Positions 1 to 10,074 of a stretch of 64,000 bases of DNA are shown here, piece by piece (the first letter of the stretch is position 1; every line of letters starts with the position of its first letter). The notes under the pieces were generated by a model, which searched no databases, was not told the origin of the DNA, and was given only the letters and a program-made list of their open reading frames with translations. Source of the DNA: an uncultured Chloroflexia bacterium (GTDB lineage Bacteria > Chloroflexota > Limnocylindria > QHBO01). Position numbers and translations under genes: made by a program. The stretch lies in NCBI GenBank assembly GCA_963716585.1, contig CAVQTN010000002.1:389730-453729 (forward strand), read 5' to 3'.

Positions 1-1071
1 CCCAGCGCCGGACCAATGCGCGAGATGAACTCCCCCAACCGCGCCGGCGGGAGCGACACATCGAGCTTGTGGACGATGCCGGCCGCCGCGATCGCCTCGG
101 TGTGCCGCTCCCGCAGCTCCCACAGCCGGCGCCGGCCGGCCGCGTCGGTCGCCAGCAGCACGTCGTCCCGTTCGCCGAGAAGGGCAACCAGCTCGTGGGT
201 CGGGTCGTGGCGTGCGGCAACCTCGAGCAGCAGGTAGGCGCCGTGCGGGCCGGAGAATGGCCGGGCCGCGCCCGTGTGGGCCACCACCAGTGAGAGACCC
301 TGCTCGAAGAACAGCTCGGCCGCCATCAGGGAGGCCAGCTCGCGCCGCGCGACGTCGACGACCGCGATGGCCGCCTCGGCCGACGGCAACGCCAGCAGGG
401 CCGTCGCGCGCGCCGGCAGCGGCGGCACGAGGGCCAGCCGAGCGCCGGTGATGATCGCCCAGGGTTCCCTCACTGCCGCACAGCAGGCCGGCCAGGTCGT
501 AGCCGGTGTTGTCCTTGCGCAGCCCCGCCAGCCGGCTGACGATTGATCCGTCGGCGAGCACCGCCTCCACGCCGAGCAGCTGCGAGCGCATGGCGCCGTG
601 ACGCAGGACATTGAGACCACCCGCGTTGGTGGCGATCATGCCGCCGATCGTCGCCGAGTCGCGCGCGCCGAGGTCGACGCCGAATCCCCACTCGGCAGCC
701 GCCGCGTGGGACTGCAGGCCGGCCAGCGTCAGGCCGGCGCCGACCGTCACGGCGCCAGCGTCGACTGGCTCCAGCGAACGCAGCCGTCCCAGGCTGAGCA
801 CCACCTCGCCGCCGCGTGGTACCGAGCCGCCGACCAGGCCGGTGTTGCCGCCCTGCGGCACGATCGGCACGCCGGCATCGGCGCAGCAGCGCACCACCTC
901 GGCGATCTCCTCGGTCGAGCCGGGACGCACGACCGCCAGCGCGGAGCCCGAGAAGCGTCGCGTCCAGTCCGTTTCGTAACCGGCCTTGCGGTCCGCATCG
1001 GTCAGGACATGCGCGTCACCGACGATCGTGCGCAGCTCGCTGAGCAGGCCCATCGGTCAATCCTGACATGC
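1..1071 (-). CDS. FAD-linked oxidase (GlcD / D-lactate dehydrogenase family); C-terminus lies beyond the window start; apparent 1-nt frame break near 456-462
   Basis: Minus-strand translation from the ATG at 1071/1056 reads MGLLSELRTIVGDAHVLTDADRKAGYETDWTRRFSGSALAVVRPGSTEEIAEVVRCCADAGVPIVPQGGNTGLVGGS...GSEGTLG (FAD_binding_4). After about position 460 the protein continues in another frame (AIITGARLALVPPLPARATALLALPSAEAAIAVVDVARRELASLMAAELFFEQ..., FAD-oxidase C-terminal domain). It is missing from the ORF track because it runs off the window edge. Confidence 0.6.
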
Positions 1072-1087
1072 GCGTAGACTCTCGGGC

Positions 1088-1558
1088 GTGATTTCAAACG
1101 GTCGCGTGGCGCACGTCAACGTGTCGCCCGGCGGGGTGCCGAAGCTATCCATCGACGGCACCTGGGTGGGGCGTCTCGGCCTGGAGGGCGACGGCCACAC
1201 CGAGCCGGAGCCGATGCACGGCGGTCCCGACCAGGCGGTCTCGCTCTACTCGGTCGAGAGCATCGCGCGCGTCGCGGCCGACGGGCACCAGGCGTTCCCC
1301 GGCGCCTTCGGCGAGAACCTGACGCTCGATGGCATCGAGATGGGGTCGCTGGCTGCCGGCGACCGGCTGGCGGTCGGCGAGGCGTTGGTCCTCGAGATCA
1401 CCAAGCATGCGCAACCATGCCAGACGATCGCCCACTGGTTCGTGGAGGGGCGCATCGGGCGCATCAGTGGCAAGACCCATCCCCAGGATGCGCGCTGGTA
1501 CGCACGTGTTCTGGTCGAGGGCCGCGTGCGGACCGACGACGCCGTCCGCCGCATCTGA
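1088..1558 (+). CDS. MOSC domain-containing protein (YiiM-like)
   Basis: 156-aa ORF. MOSC beta-barrel hallmarks are present (GENLTLDGIEMGSLAAGDRLAVGEALVLEITKHAQPCQTIAHWF...GRISGKTH). It is divergent from the oxidase gene. Confidence 0.65.
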   Translation: MISNGRVAHVNVSPGGVPKLSIDGTWVGRLGLEGDGHTEPEPMHGGPDQAVSLYSVESIARVAADGHQAFPGAFGENLTLDGIEMGSLAAGDRLAVGEALVLEITKHAQPCQTIAHWFVEGRIGRISGKTHPQDARWYARVLVEGRVRTDDAVRRI

Positions 1559-1573
1559 GGGGCGCGCCGCCAG

Positions 1574-3496
1574 TCATCCCGCGGTCTGGCGTTCCAGCTC
1601 GCGGCCGCGTTCTCGGGTGAGGCTCAGCACGCGCCCGACGGCCTGCTCCAGCGATTCGCGGTCGTACCCGCCGCGGTACAGGACTTCGTTGACGAAGAAG
1701 GTCGGAGTGCCGGCCACGCCGGCCTCTTCCGCGCTGTTCACGTCCTGTGCCACGCGCGGCGCCAGGCGGGCGGTCCGCAGGTCGCGCTCGAAGCGCTCCG
1801 CGTCGAGCTGGAGCTCCGCGGCGTAGCGGACCAGGTCGGCGAACTGCAGCGCGTCCTGGTGCAGGAACAGCAGGTCATGCATCGGCCAGAACGCGCCCTG
1901 CGCAGCGGCCGCTTCCGCCGCCTCCGCGGCGAGCGCCGCGTTGGGGTGGACGTCGGGCAGCGGCAGATGCCGGAAGACGAACCGCAGCTCGCCGTCGAAC
2001 GTGTCGAGCAGCTCGCGCACGCCCGGCGCGGCGCGGCCGCAGTGCGGGCACTCGTAGTCTCCGTACTCGACGAGCGTGACCGGCGCATCGGCGGGTCCGC
2101 GGATATGGTCGCGGACGAGATCGACCGGTTCCGTCAGGTCCGGGAGCGGCAGCGAGGTTCGGGCTTCCGCCCGGCGGCGCCATTCGCCCGGGAGCAGCGA
2201 TACGGCGTGGAACAGGGTGATGCTCAACACGGCCGCCACGAGGGATGCCGCCAGGATCCCGAGCTTTGCCTGGTCCAGGAGCGCCCCGTTGTAGCTGAGC
2301 CCTCCGATCAGGAGCGACATGGTGAACCCAATGCCGGCCACCGACGATGCGGCGATGAGGGACGGCCAACCGACGGCCAGCGGCGCGCCACCGAGCCAGC
2401 GCCGCGACGCAAGCCAGGCGCCGGCCGGGATTCCCAAGGTCTTGCCCACGACGAGACCCCCGACGATGCCGAGCACCAGGGACGATCGCAGTGCGCTGCC
2501 CAGGAGCTCCGGACTGAGGTCGAGCCCCGCATTGGCAAGGGCAAAGAGCGGGATGATGACGAAGCTGCTCCACGGATGGAGCGCATGCTGGAGGCGCTCG
2601 TTGGGCGAAAGCGCCATGGTGATGTGACGGGCCGCCCTGCGTGCCAGGTCCGGACTGGGCCGCTGGCGGAATGCGCGCGTCGTGCCGGTGGCCAGCTCCA
2701 GCGAGGCGCGGCTGGGCGGATACGCGCTGGTGAGCAGTCCGACGGCGACGCCGGCGACGGTGGGATGCACTCCCGCCGTGGACGCCGCGAGCCACGCGCC
2801 GAGCGCGAGCAGGAGGTACACCTCCGAGCGCTCCACCCCACGCCATCGCAAGGCGGCCATCAATGCCAGCAGCGCCACGCCGATTGCCAGCGCGGCGAGG
2901 TTGACATCGGCGGTATACGCGATCGCGATGACGATCACCGCAGCGACGTCGTCCACGATGACCAGGGTCAGCAGGAAGGTCCGCAGCCGAAATGAGCTTC
3001 GCCTGCCCACCAGGGCCAGCACGCCAACCGCGAAGGCGGTGTCGGTGGCCATCACCATCGCCCATCCGCGCGAGGCCTCTGCCGTCGGGTTGAACGCCAG
3101 GAAGATGAGGACGGGCAACGCCATCCCGCCCACCGCCGCGATCACCGGCACGGCCAGCCGGCGGCGTTCGCGGAACTCGCCCATATCGAACTCGCGCCGA
3201 ACCTCGAGGCCGATGAGCAGGAAGAACACGGCCATCAGCCCGTCGTTCACCCAGCCCCGCAGGTCGTGGGCAAGGACGAAGTCGCCGAGCCGAAGCGACA
3301 GCTGAGATCCCCACAGCGCGTCGTAGCCGCCTCCCCACGGAGAGTTGGCCCACAGCAGTGCGGCGACCGTGGCGACCAGCAGGACGACGGCGCCGCCGGC
3401 CTCGGTGTGGAGGAAGCTGCGCACCGCGGCGAGGTGCTGCCGCGCCGGTGTCTGGGCCGACTCGATGCGGGTCGAGCCGGTTGGTCGGAGGGTCAC
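1574..3496 (-). CDS. nhaA: Na+/H+ antiporter NhaA fused to a C-terminal DsbA-like thioredoxin domain
   Basis: 640 aa. The N-terminal 12-TM NhaA region includes WVNDGLMAVFFLLIGLEVRRE and FLLTLVIVDDVAAVIVIA. The C-terminal soluble domain carries a CPHC thioredoxin motif (YGDYECPHCGRAAP) and DsbA-like sequence. Confidence 0.85.
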   Translation of the reverse strand: MTLRPTGSTRIESAQTPARQHLAAVRSFLHTEAGGAVVLLVATVAALLWANSPWGGGYDALWGSQLSLRLGDFVLAHDLRGWVNDGLMAVFFLLIGLEVRREFDMGEFRERRRLAVPVIAAVGGMALPVLIFLAFNPTAEASRGWAMVMATDTAFAVGVLALVGRRSSFRLRTFLLTLVIVDDVAAVIVIAIAYTADVNLAALAIGVALLALMAALRWRGVERSEVYLLLALGAWLAASTAGVHPTVAGVAVGLLTSAYPPSRASLELATGTTRAFRQRPSPDLARRAARHITMALSPNERLQHALHPWSSFVIIPLFALANAGLDLSPELLGSALRSSLVLGIVGGLVVGKTLGIPAGAWLASRRWLGGAPLAVGWPSLIAASSVAGIGFTMSLLIGGLSYNGALLDQAKLGILAASLVAAVLSITLFHAVSLLPGEWRRRAEARTSLPLPDLTEPVDLVRDHIRGPADAPVTLVEYGDYECPHCGRAAPGVRELLDTFDGELRFVFRHLPLPDVHPNAALAAEAAEAAAAQGAFWPMHDLLFLHQDALQFADLVRYAAELQLDAERFERDLRTARLAPRVAQDVNSAEEAGVAGTPTFFVNEVLYRGGYDRESLEQAVGRVLSLTRERGRELERQTAG

Positions 3497-3558
3497 ACGC
3501 GTAAGGTAGCGCCTGTGAATCCTGGCGACTCGTCGGCTTTCGGACTCCGCTTGATCAT

Positions 3559-3894
3559 GTGGCGTGCATGCTGACGATGCAGGCTCGCTTCACCACGGGG
3601 GCTGCTGCCGTCATGGCCCGCGACCCGGCGGTCGAGCACGGTCAGATGCTGCATGCGCCGGGTCTCAAGACCAGCGGCCGCTTCTTTGCCTTCGCCACGC
3701 CGGAAGACATCGTCGCCAAGCTGCCCGCCTCGCGGGTGCAGGAACTGATTGCTTCGGGAATCGGACGCCCGTGCGTCCTCCGGAGGGCTGCGCCCATGCG
3801 GGAGTGGGTCCGCCTCGTTCCCGACAATGACCAAGCCTGCGTGGCGTACCTGATCGAGGCCCGCGACTTCGTCGCCGCCACGCAGCGGAGGTGA
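3559..3894 (+). CDS. TfoX N-terminal domain-like small protein
   Basis: 111 aa with a GTG start and high GC3. It matches the TfoX_N pattern (GLKTSGRFFAFATPEDIVAKLP...MREWVRLVPDNDQACVAYLIEARDFV). Confidence 0.45.
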   Translation: MACMLTMQARFTTGAAAVMARDPAVEHGQMLHAPGLKTSGRFFAFATPEDIVAKLPASRVQELIASGIGRPCVLRRAAPMREWVRLVPDNDQACVAYLIEARDFVAATQRR

Positions 3895-3914
3895 CCAGGA
3901 ATGGCCCGCCGGCA

Positions 3915-5726
3915 CTAGCCTGCGCGGCGCAGAACCCTGGCGAGCTGGTTGACGAACGGGTCCGTCTCGATCTCCTCGAGTGAGCGCGGCAGGGCCAGCG
4001 ACCAGTTGGGCGCCTGGTCCGGGGTCGTCCCCGGCAGATTCGGGCGCTCCTCGACGCGCAGCGCATCCTCGAGCGTGGCGGCCACCAGCAGCGATGCCGA
4101 CGCGGCCAGGCGGCGATGCGCGGCCAGGATGACGGCATCGGCCTCGCGCGGGTCGGGAGCGATCGACACGAGCGGTGCTCGCATGCGCCGGAAGCCGGTC
4201 GCATCCGGCGCCAGGCCGGCCCGCCGCTGCTGCTCGAGGTCGGCTCCGCTCCACAGGCCGGAAATGGTTGGCAGATCGTGGGTGGTGACCGCTGCCAGGG
4301 CGAGCTCGGGGTAGGCGCCCGGATCAGCCCCTTCGAAGAGCAACAGGCGGTACGAGAGCATGCGGCGCTCGGCCAGCGTGGCGCGCACTTCGGGCTCGAC
4401 GGTCCCGAGATCCTCGCCGATGATGACCGCGTTGGCCCGATGCGCCTCGAGCGCCACGATGGCCAGCAGCTCGTCGGCGGGATAGCGGACGTACGCGCCG
4501 GCGGCCGGGTTGTGGCCGGGCAGCACCCACCACTGGCGGAATAGGCCCATGACGTGGTCGATGCGCAATCCCCCGGCGTGCCGCAGCGACGCGCGGATGG
4601 TCTCGATGAACGGCGCATGGCGGGCCTGCTGCAGCCGATGCGGCACGAACGGCGGCAGGTTCCAATCCTGGCCCGCGGCGTTGAAGGTGTCGGGCGGCGC
4701 GCCGACGGTCACGCGCTCGGCCAGCAGGTCCTGCCAGCTCCACGCATCGGCGCCCTCGGGGTCGAAGCCGACGGCCACATCGTTGATCAACGGCAGCTCC
4801 GCCGCGGCCTCGGCAAGCTGCTCGTCGACGAGCCACTGCAGCCACGCATGGAACGCGACCCTGTCGCCATGGGCCGCCGCGAATGCGCGAGCGCCGGGTG
4901 GCGACCGCAGCTCCTGCGGCCACTCCCGCCAGCGGCCGCCGAACCGCTCCGCGGCGACGCAGAACGTGGCCCACTCCTCGAGGCCGCGCCCCTGCCCGGC
5001 GCGATAGGCCGCGAAGGCGCCTCCACGCGGGGCGTCGCGCCACAGCAGCTCCAGGGCGCGCTCCTTCGCCTGCCAGGCGCGCGGACGGTCGATCAAGCGC
5101 GCGGCGTTGAGCTGGCGCGCCTCGGGTGCCAGGCGGCGCACCTCGTCACCGGCGCCGTGAACCGCCTCCGGTCGCAGGTAGATCGGATTGCGGAAGCGCC
5201 GCGAGCTCGGGAAGTACGGGCTCGGCTCCGGCGTCGGGCCGGGCGCCACCGCGTGCAGCGGGTTCATGATGCAGAACCCCGCGCCGAGCGTGCGCGACCA
5301 GCGCGCCAGCTCCCGCAGGTCGACGAGATCTCCGATGCCCCAGCTCCCTGCCGAGCGGACGGCATACAGCTGCGCGGTCCAGCCCCAGGCGCGCTCCTCG
5401 GGCAGCGGGCATGTCGGCGGTGCCGCGATGAGCAGCAGTTCGCGGTCGTCGCCGATCAGCCGGTGGTAGCCGTACGGCAGGTCGGCCGGCAGTCGGTCGA
5501 GCACGCCCAGCGCGGTGCCGTCCTCGAGGACCAGCTCGCCGACGTCGCGAAGCGGATCGCCGGCCACCACGAGGCGCACCGGGGACGTCGGACGCGGCTC
5601 GCGCGGCTCCACCTGCATCGCTTCGAGGATCCCGCGCTCGACGTCAGGCGCGACCGCGCGCCACTCACCGGTGGTGCTCAGGAACCCGCGGACGAGGCCC
5701 CACTCGGAGGCGGCGCCATCGCTCAT
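3915..5726 (-). CDS. malQ: 4-alpha-glucanotransferase (amylomaltase, GH77)
   Basis: GH77 motifs are present (LYAVRSAGSWGIGDLVDLRELARW, RIDHVMGLFRQWWV, IIGEDLGTV). The track ORF (909 aa) is over-extended upstream in a frame overlapping treY. The real start is the ATG at 5726, which overlaps the treY stop (ATGA). Confidence 0.85.
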   Translation of the reverse strand: MSDGAASEWGLVRGFLSTTGEWRAVAPDVERGILEAMQVEPREPRPTSPVRLVVAGDPLRDVGELVLEDGTALGVLDRLPADLPYGYHRLIGDDRELLLIAAPPTCPLPEERAWGWTAQLYAVRSAGSWGIGDLVDLRELARWSRTLGAGFCIMNPLHAVAPGPTPEPSPYFPSSRRFRNPIYLRPEAVHGAGDEVRRLAPEARQLNAARLIDRPRAWQAKERALELLWRDAPRGGAFAAYRAGQGRGLEEWATFCVAAERFGGRWREWPQELRSPPGARAFAAAHGDRVAFHAWLQWLVDEQLAEAAAELPLINDVAVGFDPEGADAWSWQDLLAERVTVGAPPDTFNAAGQDWNLPPFVPHRLQQARHAPFIETIRASLRHAGGLRIDHVMGLFRQWWVLPGHNPAAGAYVRYPADELLAIVALEAHRANAVIIGEDLGTVEPEVRATLAERRMLSYRLLLFEGADPGAYPELALAAVTTHDLPTISGLWSGADLEQQRRAGLAPDATGFRRMRAPLVSIAPDPREADAVILAAHRRLAASASLLVAATLEDALRVEERPNLPGTTPDQAPNWSLALPRSLEEIETDPFVNQLARVLRRAG

Positions 5727-8182
5727 CGGCGCTCGAGCAGCGCGACCGGAAACGCGGCCAGCAGCTCGGCCAGCGGCACGCCGCGCGCGACCTGGCGCTC
5801 CTGCAGCAGGTCGTGCCAGGCTCCCGCCGGGAGCTGCAGCGTGGTGTCGCCCCACGACGAGAGTCCGGCCGCCAGGCGCGGCGCGACAACGGCCAGCGAG
5901 CGACTGCGCAGGAAGGCGACGACTCGATCGCCCCTCGCGCCCTCGACGGTCAGCGGCTGGTACGAGCCGGCGAAGGCCTCGGGCCGTTGGTTGCGCAACG
6001 CGAGGACGCGCCGAAGCAGCCACAGCTTGGCGAGGCCGTCGCCCGCGCGCTGCCAGGCCTCGGCCGCGGTCATGGGCCCGACCTCGTCCAGCAGCCGGCG
6101 ACGTGCGCCGAAGTCGACGGGCCGGCGGTTGTCCGGGTCGACCAGCGACCGCTCCCACAGCTCGCTGCCCTGGTAGATGTCCGGCACGCCTGCGGCGGTG
6201 AGCCGCAGCAGCAGGAGTGCCAGCGAGGTCCGGCGTGCCGCGTCCTCCAACGTGTCCACGAATGCGGCGACCTCGGCGGCGAACGCGGCATCTCGCAGGA
6301 CGCCGCGAACGAACGCCTCCAGCGCCGCGTCGTAGCGGGCGTTCGGCGCGGTCCAGGTCGTGTAGCGCTTCGCCTCGTGCGCCGCCTTGCGCATGTAGGC
6401 CACGGCCCGCTCGACGGAGATGGGCCAGGCGCCGACGAGCGTCTGGTAGAGCAGGTACTCGACGTTGCGGTCGGGCAGAGCGTCGGTGCGGTGACGTTCG
6501 GCCAGCGCCGACCAGCGCGCCACCGCCGCGCCCCATTCGACGGGGAGCTGCGACAGGAGCGCCAGCCGCGCCCGAACGTCCTCGCCGCGCTTCGTGTCGT
6601 GGGTGGTCCCCGCCAGCATCGTCCGGCGCGACGCCGCCGAGCACCAGGCATGGAACTCGGCGACCGACCGTCCGAAGCGCCCCGGATCGCCGCCGACCTC
6701 GTTGAGCGCCACGAGCCGGTGGTATCGGTAGAAGGCGGTGTCCTCGACGCCCTTGGCCATCGCCGGGTCGCTGAGCTGCTGGAAGCGCATCGCCAGGTCG
6801 CCGCCGCGCTCGCCGCCGGACCGCAGGGTCAGGATCTCCTCGAGGAAGCCGAAGAGCCCGGGATCCAGGTCGGGCCGATGCCCGCAGGCCTGTGCCACAG
6901 CCGCGCGGATGCGCCGCGCATCGGCATCGGTCAATTCGTGGACCTCCGCCCTGGCGTAGGTCCGATACACGTCGAACGAGGCAAGCACCTCGGTGAGCGC
7001 CTCGCGCAGCTCGTGCCGCGTGAAGTCACGATGCCGCCGGTCCGACTCGCAGACGGCGAGGAATCGGGCGGCCAGCCGGTTGAGGTCGCTGCCCAGCCGA
7101 TCGTGCAGGACCTGCAGCTTCGACGTCCGCGCGACCTCACCCCACGACGCCGTCTCGCCGGTGAATGACGTGTACAGCTCGGTGAGTGGCGTCTCGCCGG
7201 CCGGGTCCACAAAGAGGCCGAGCGCCAGGTTGGCGAAGTCGTAGCCGGTCGTTCCCTCGATCGGCCAGGCCTCCGGCAACGCTTCGCCAGTCGCCAGGAT
7301 CTTCTCGGCCAGCAGCCAGGCATGCGGCACATCGGCGCGCAGCCGCTCGAAATAGCCGGTCGGATCGCGCATGCCGTCCGGATGATCCACGCGCAGCCCG
7401 TCGACCGCGCCGGCCGCAATCTGGTCCAGGATCAGCGCGTGGGTCGCCTGGTAGACGTCGGCATCTTCCACCCGCAGACCGATGAGCGTGTCGACATCGA
7501 AGAAGCGGCGGTAGCCGAGGTCGCTCGCCGAGGCGGTCCGGCGCGCCAGGCGCCAGTGCTGCCGCCCGATGAGCGCGTCGAGCGCCTCCGGATCCGCATT
7601 GATGGCTGCCACCCGCTGCGCGACCCCGCCTTCGTCGGCTGACCACGGAACGGTGGCCGGGTCGATCGGGAATCGCGCGGCTTCATGCGCGACCTGCAGC
7701 TCGCCACCCTCCGAGACGAGCTGCAGCCCCCCGCACTCCAGGACCCGGCCGTAGTGGTCGGGCAGCACCGGCAGGAGGATCTTGCCGGTCAGGCGCGGCT
7801 CGGCCGGCTGCCAGTCGACGTCGAACGCCCGCGCGTGGCGACTCCCTTGTCCGTGCTTCAGGACGTCCCACCACCAGCGGTTCTGTGGAACCCCGATCGC
7901 CATGTGGTTCGGCACGATGTCGAGCAGCAGTCCCATGCCGTGTGCATGCAGTGCCTCGACGAGCGTCGCGAAGCCTGCCGCGCCGCCCAGCTCGGCACTG
8001 ATCGCCGCGTGATCCACGACGTCGTAGCCGTGCGTGCTGCCCGCGACGGCCTGAAGCACCGGGGAGCTGTAGAGGTGGCTGATCCCGAGGTCGGCCAGGT
8101 ACGGGACCAGCGCGGCAGCCTCGGCGAAGCGGAACTCCGCCCGAAGTTGCAGCCGGTAGGTGGCCCGCGGCTCGATCGACAT
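5723..8182 (-). CDS. treY: malto-oligosyltrehalose synthase (GH13)
   Basis: 819 aa. The N-terminus reads TYRLQLRAEFRFAEAAALVPYLADLGISHLYSSPVLQA, and GYDVVDH and LLLDIVPNHMA are present, as typical of TreY. Confidence 0.9.
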   Translation of the reverse strand: MSIEPRATYRLQLRAEFRFAEAAALVPYLADLGISHLYSSPVLQAVAGSTHGYDVVDHAAISAELGGAAGFATLVEALHAHGMGLLLDIVPNHMAIGVPQNRWWWDVLKHGQGSRHARAFDVDWQPAEPRLTGKILLPVLPDHYGRVLECGGLQLVSEGGELQVAHEAARFPIDPATVPWSADEGGVAQRVAAINADPEALDALIGRQHWRLARRTASASDLGYRRFFDVDTLIGLRVEDADVYQATHALILDQIAAGAVDGLRVDHPDGMRDPTGYFERLRADVPHAWLLAEKILATGEALPEAWPIEGTTGYDFANLALGLFVDPAGETPLTELYTSFTGETASWGEVARTSKLQVLHDRLGSDLNRLAARFLAVCESDRRHRDFTRHELREALTEVLASFDVYRTYARAEVHELTDADARRIRAAVAQACGHRPDLDPGLFGFLEEILTLRSGGERGGDLAMRFQQLSDPAMAKGVEDTAFYRYHRLVALNEVGGDPGRFGRSVAEFHAWCSAASRRTMLAGTTHDTKRGEDVRARLALLSQLPVEWGAAVARWSALAERHRTDALPDRNVEYLLYQTLVGAWPISVERAVAYMRKAAHEAKRYTTWTAPNARYDAALEAFVRGVLRDAAFAAEVAAFVDTLEDAARRTSLALLLLRLTAAGVPDIYQGSELWERSLVDPDNRRPVDFGARRRLLDEVGPMTAAEAWQRAGDGLAKLWLLRRVLALRNQRPEAFAGSYQPLTVEGARGDRVVAFLRSRSLAVVAPRLAAGLSSWGDTTLQLPAGAWHDLLQERQVARGVPLAELLAAFPVALLERR

Positions 8183-8231
8183 CGCGCGGACCGTAGCACG
8201 CGGCTCGACTTCGCCCCGCTACCCTTTCGGC

Positions 8232-9785
8232 GTGAGGGAGATTGAGCTCTTCCTGGAGCTGCTGGTGGTCGTCGCACTGATCGCCACGGTCGCTCGCCGG
8301 CTGGGCGTCCCGTACGCGATCCCGATGGTCGTGGGCGGCCTGCTGCTCGGGTTCATTCCCGGGCTGCCGCGCATCGTGCTGACACCGGACCTGGTTCTGC
8401 TCATCTTCCTGCCGCCGATCCTGTTCTCGGCGGCGTACACCACCTCATTTCGCGACCTGCAGGCGAACATCAAGCAGATCGGCCAGCTTGCCTTCGTGCT
8501 CGTCCTGATCACGATGGCTGGCGTGGCGGTCGTTGCGCACTGGCTGGTACCCGAGATCGGCTGGCCCGCAGCCTTTGCCCTGGGCGCGATCGTCTCACCG
8601 CCCGACGCCATCTCGGCGACGGCGATCGCCCAGCGGGTCGGGCTGCCGCGGCGCGCGGTGATCATCCTGGAAGGCGAGAGCCTGGTGAATGACGCCACGG
8701 CGCTGACCGCCTATCGCGTCGCCGTCGCCGCAGCCGTCGGCACCTCGTTCGGGCTCGGCGATGCCGCGCTGAAGCTGCTCGTCACGCTCGTCGGCGGCAT
8801 CGTCATCGGACTGGTCGCCGGCTGGGTGATCACCCGCGTGGTCAACCGCCTCAATGACGCTCCGGTCGAGACCACTGTCAGCCTCATCGCACCGTTCGCG
8901 GCCTATCTGCCCGCCGAGCAGCTCGGCGTCTCCGGCGTGCTCGCCTGCGTGATTGCGGGGCTCATGCTCGGGCGCGCCGCGCCCACCATTCTCAGCTCGC
9001 AGTCGCGCGTGCTGGCGACATCGGTCTGGCAGATGGTCATCTTCCTGATCAATGCGTTTGTCTTCGTGCTCATCGGCCTGCAGCTGCCGGCCATCGCCGA
9101 TTCCAGCGCCCACTCGCTGTCGCAGTTCCTGATCGTTGGTGCCGCTGCCGCCGCGACGGTTGTCGCCGTTCGGATGGCCTGGATCTTCATCAGCTCCTAC
9201 GGCGCAGCGTGGCTGGCACGAAGGCACAACGGCCAAAGCTATCCGGGGTGGGAAGGCCTGCTGGTCCTCTCGTGGGCGGGCATGCGGGGCTCCGTCTCGC
9301 TGGCCGCGGCCCTGGCGCTGCCCGCCGTGCCGCCCTTCCCGGGTCGGGAGCTCATCATCTTCGCCGCCTTCTCGGTCATCCTGGTGACGCTCGTGGGACA
9401 GGGTCTCACGCTGCCGCTGCTGGTCCGCCGGCTCGGCCTATCCGGCGACGCCGAGCGTGGTGGCGAGGAGACGCATGCACGCCAGTTCGCCACCGAAGCG
9501 GCGTTGAGCCGGCTCATCGGCCTGCGCGAGGAGTGGCCGGACCACATCCCACTGGTCGACCAGCTGAGGCAGCGCTACGAGCACCGAACGGAGCATGAGC
9601 ATGCCGATCCGAACGACGAGGAAGCCGACCAGGAACTGATCGAGCACCGGCAGATCCGCCACGAGGTGATCGAGGCCGAGCGTCTTGCCGTCATCCACCT
9701 GCGGGATATCGGCGAGATCAATGACGACGTGCTGCGCCGCCTGGAGCGCGAGCTGGACCTCGAAGAGCTGCGGATGGAGGCATAG
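8232..9785 (+). CDS. CPA1-family Na+/H+ (cation/proton) antiporter
   Basis: Multi-TM protein with an NhaP/YjcE-like fold (LLIFLPPILFSAAY, IVSPPDAISATAIAQRVGLPRR, AIILEGESLVNDATALT). The track start at 8160 would overlap treY. The GTG at 8232 was chosen, so the start is uncertain. Confidence 0.75.
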   Translation: MREIELFLELLVVVALIATVARRLGVPYAIPMVVGGLLLGFIPGLPRIVLTPDLVLLIFLPPILFSAAYTTSFRDLQANIKQIGQLAFVLVLITMAGVAVVAHWLVPEIGWPAAFALGAIVSPPDAISATAIAQRVGLPRRAVIILEGESLVNDATALTAYRVAVAAAVGTSFGLGDAALKLLVTLVGGIVIGLVAGWVITRVVNRLNDAPVETTVSLIAPFAAYLPAEQLGVSGVLACVIAGLMLGRAAPTILSSQSRVLATSVWQMVIFLINAFVFVLIGLQLPAIADSSAHSLSQFLIVGAAAAATVVAVRMAWIFISSYGAAWLARRHNGQSYPGWEGLLVLSWAGMRGSVSLAAALALPAVPPFPGRELIIFAAFSVILVTLVGQGLTLPLLVRRLGLSGDAERGGEETHARQFATEAALSRLIGLREEWPDHIPLVDQLRQRYEHRTEHEHADPNDEEADQELIEHRQIRHEVIEAERLAVIHLRDIGEINDDVLRRLERELDLEELRMEA

Positions 9786-9808
9786 GCGCGCTTGGCCGGC
9801 GCCCAGTC

Positions 9809-9876
9809 GCGGTGAGTCGCCTGGCTCGCGGTGAGTCGCGGTGAGTCGCGGTGAGTCGCCTGGCTCGCCGTGAGTC
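9809..9876. repeat. tandem array of GGTGAGTCGC 10-mers interspersed with CTGGCTCGC(C) units
   Basis: Read directly. The array is ggtgagtcgc ctggctcgc ggtgagtcgc ggtgagtcgc ggtgagtcgc ctggctcgcc gtgagtcgc. The units are partly self-complementary (gagtcgcc / ggcgactc). It sits immediately 5' of repeat copy 1. Confidence 0.8.
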
Positions 9877-9885
9877 GCCAGGCGA

Positions 9886-10012
9886 TGAAACGAGTGACAG
9901 CCGCAGGCTCACGTGCGATCCATGCGCCAGGCGACTCAGATCAGCGCGATCGGGGGTTACTCGCCTGCAAACCGGTCGGTTTCAGTCAGCTGGCGCATCA
10001 AGTGCACGACAG
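9886..10012 (+). repeat. 127-nt structured direct repeat, copy 1, in the convergent intergenic region between the antiporter and the lipoprotein gene
   Basis: Ungapped alignment to 10874-11000 gives 108 of 127 identical bases. It contains the conserved hairpin aaaccg-gt-cggttt and conserved blocks gaaacgagtgaca, ctcagatcagcgcgat and cacgacagc. Confidence 0.8.
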
Positions 10013-10074
10013 CTCGCCCATTCCGGTCGGTTGATGCGCTGCACGACTCAAAGCGGGCCGCCCGCGACCGCTCC

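Noticed and set aside
4554-6176. 540-aa plus-strand ORF and other long ORFs across 3665-6700
   Set aside because: They are antisense or out-of-frame shadows of malQ and treY. The upstream 306 codons of the 909-aa malQ track ORF overlap treY in another frame and were trimmed.
9809-9876. Possible CRISPR array (short tandem repeats)
   Set aside because: The units are 9-10 nt with no unique spacers of 25-40 nt and no cas genes nearby. It is a microsatellite-like array attached to the 127-nt repeat.
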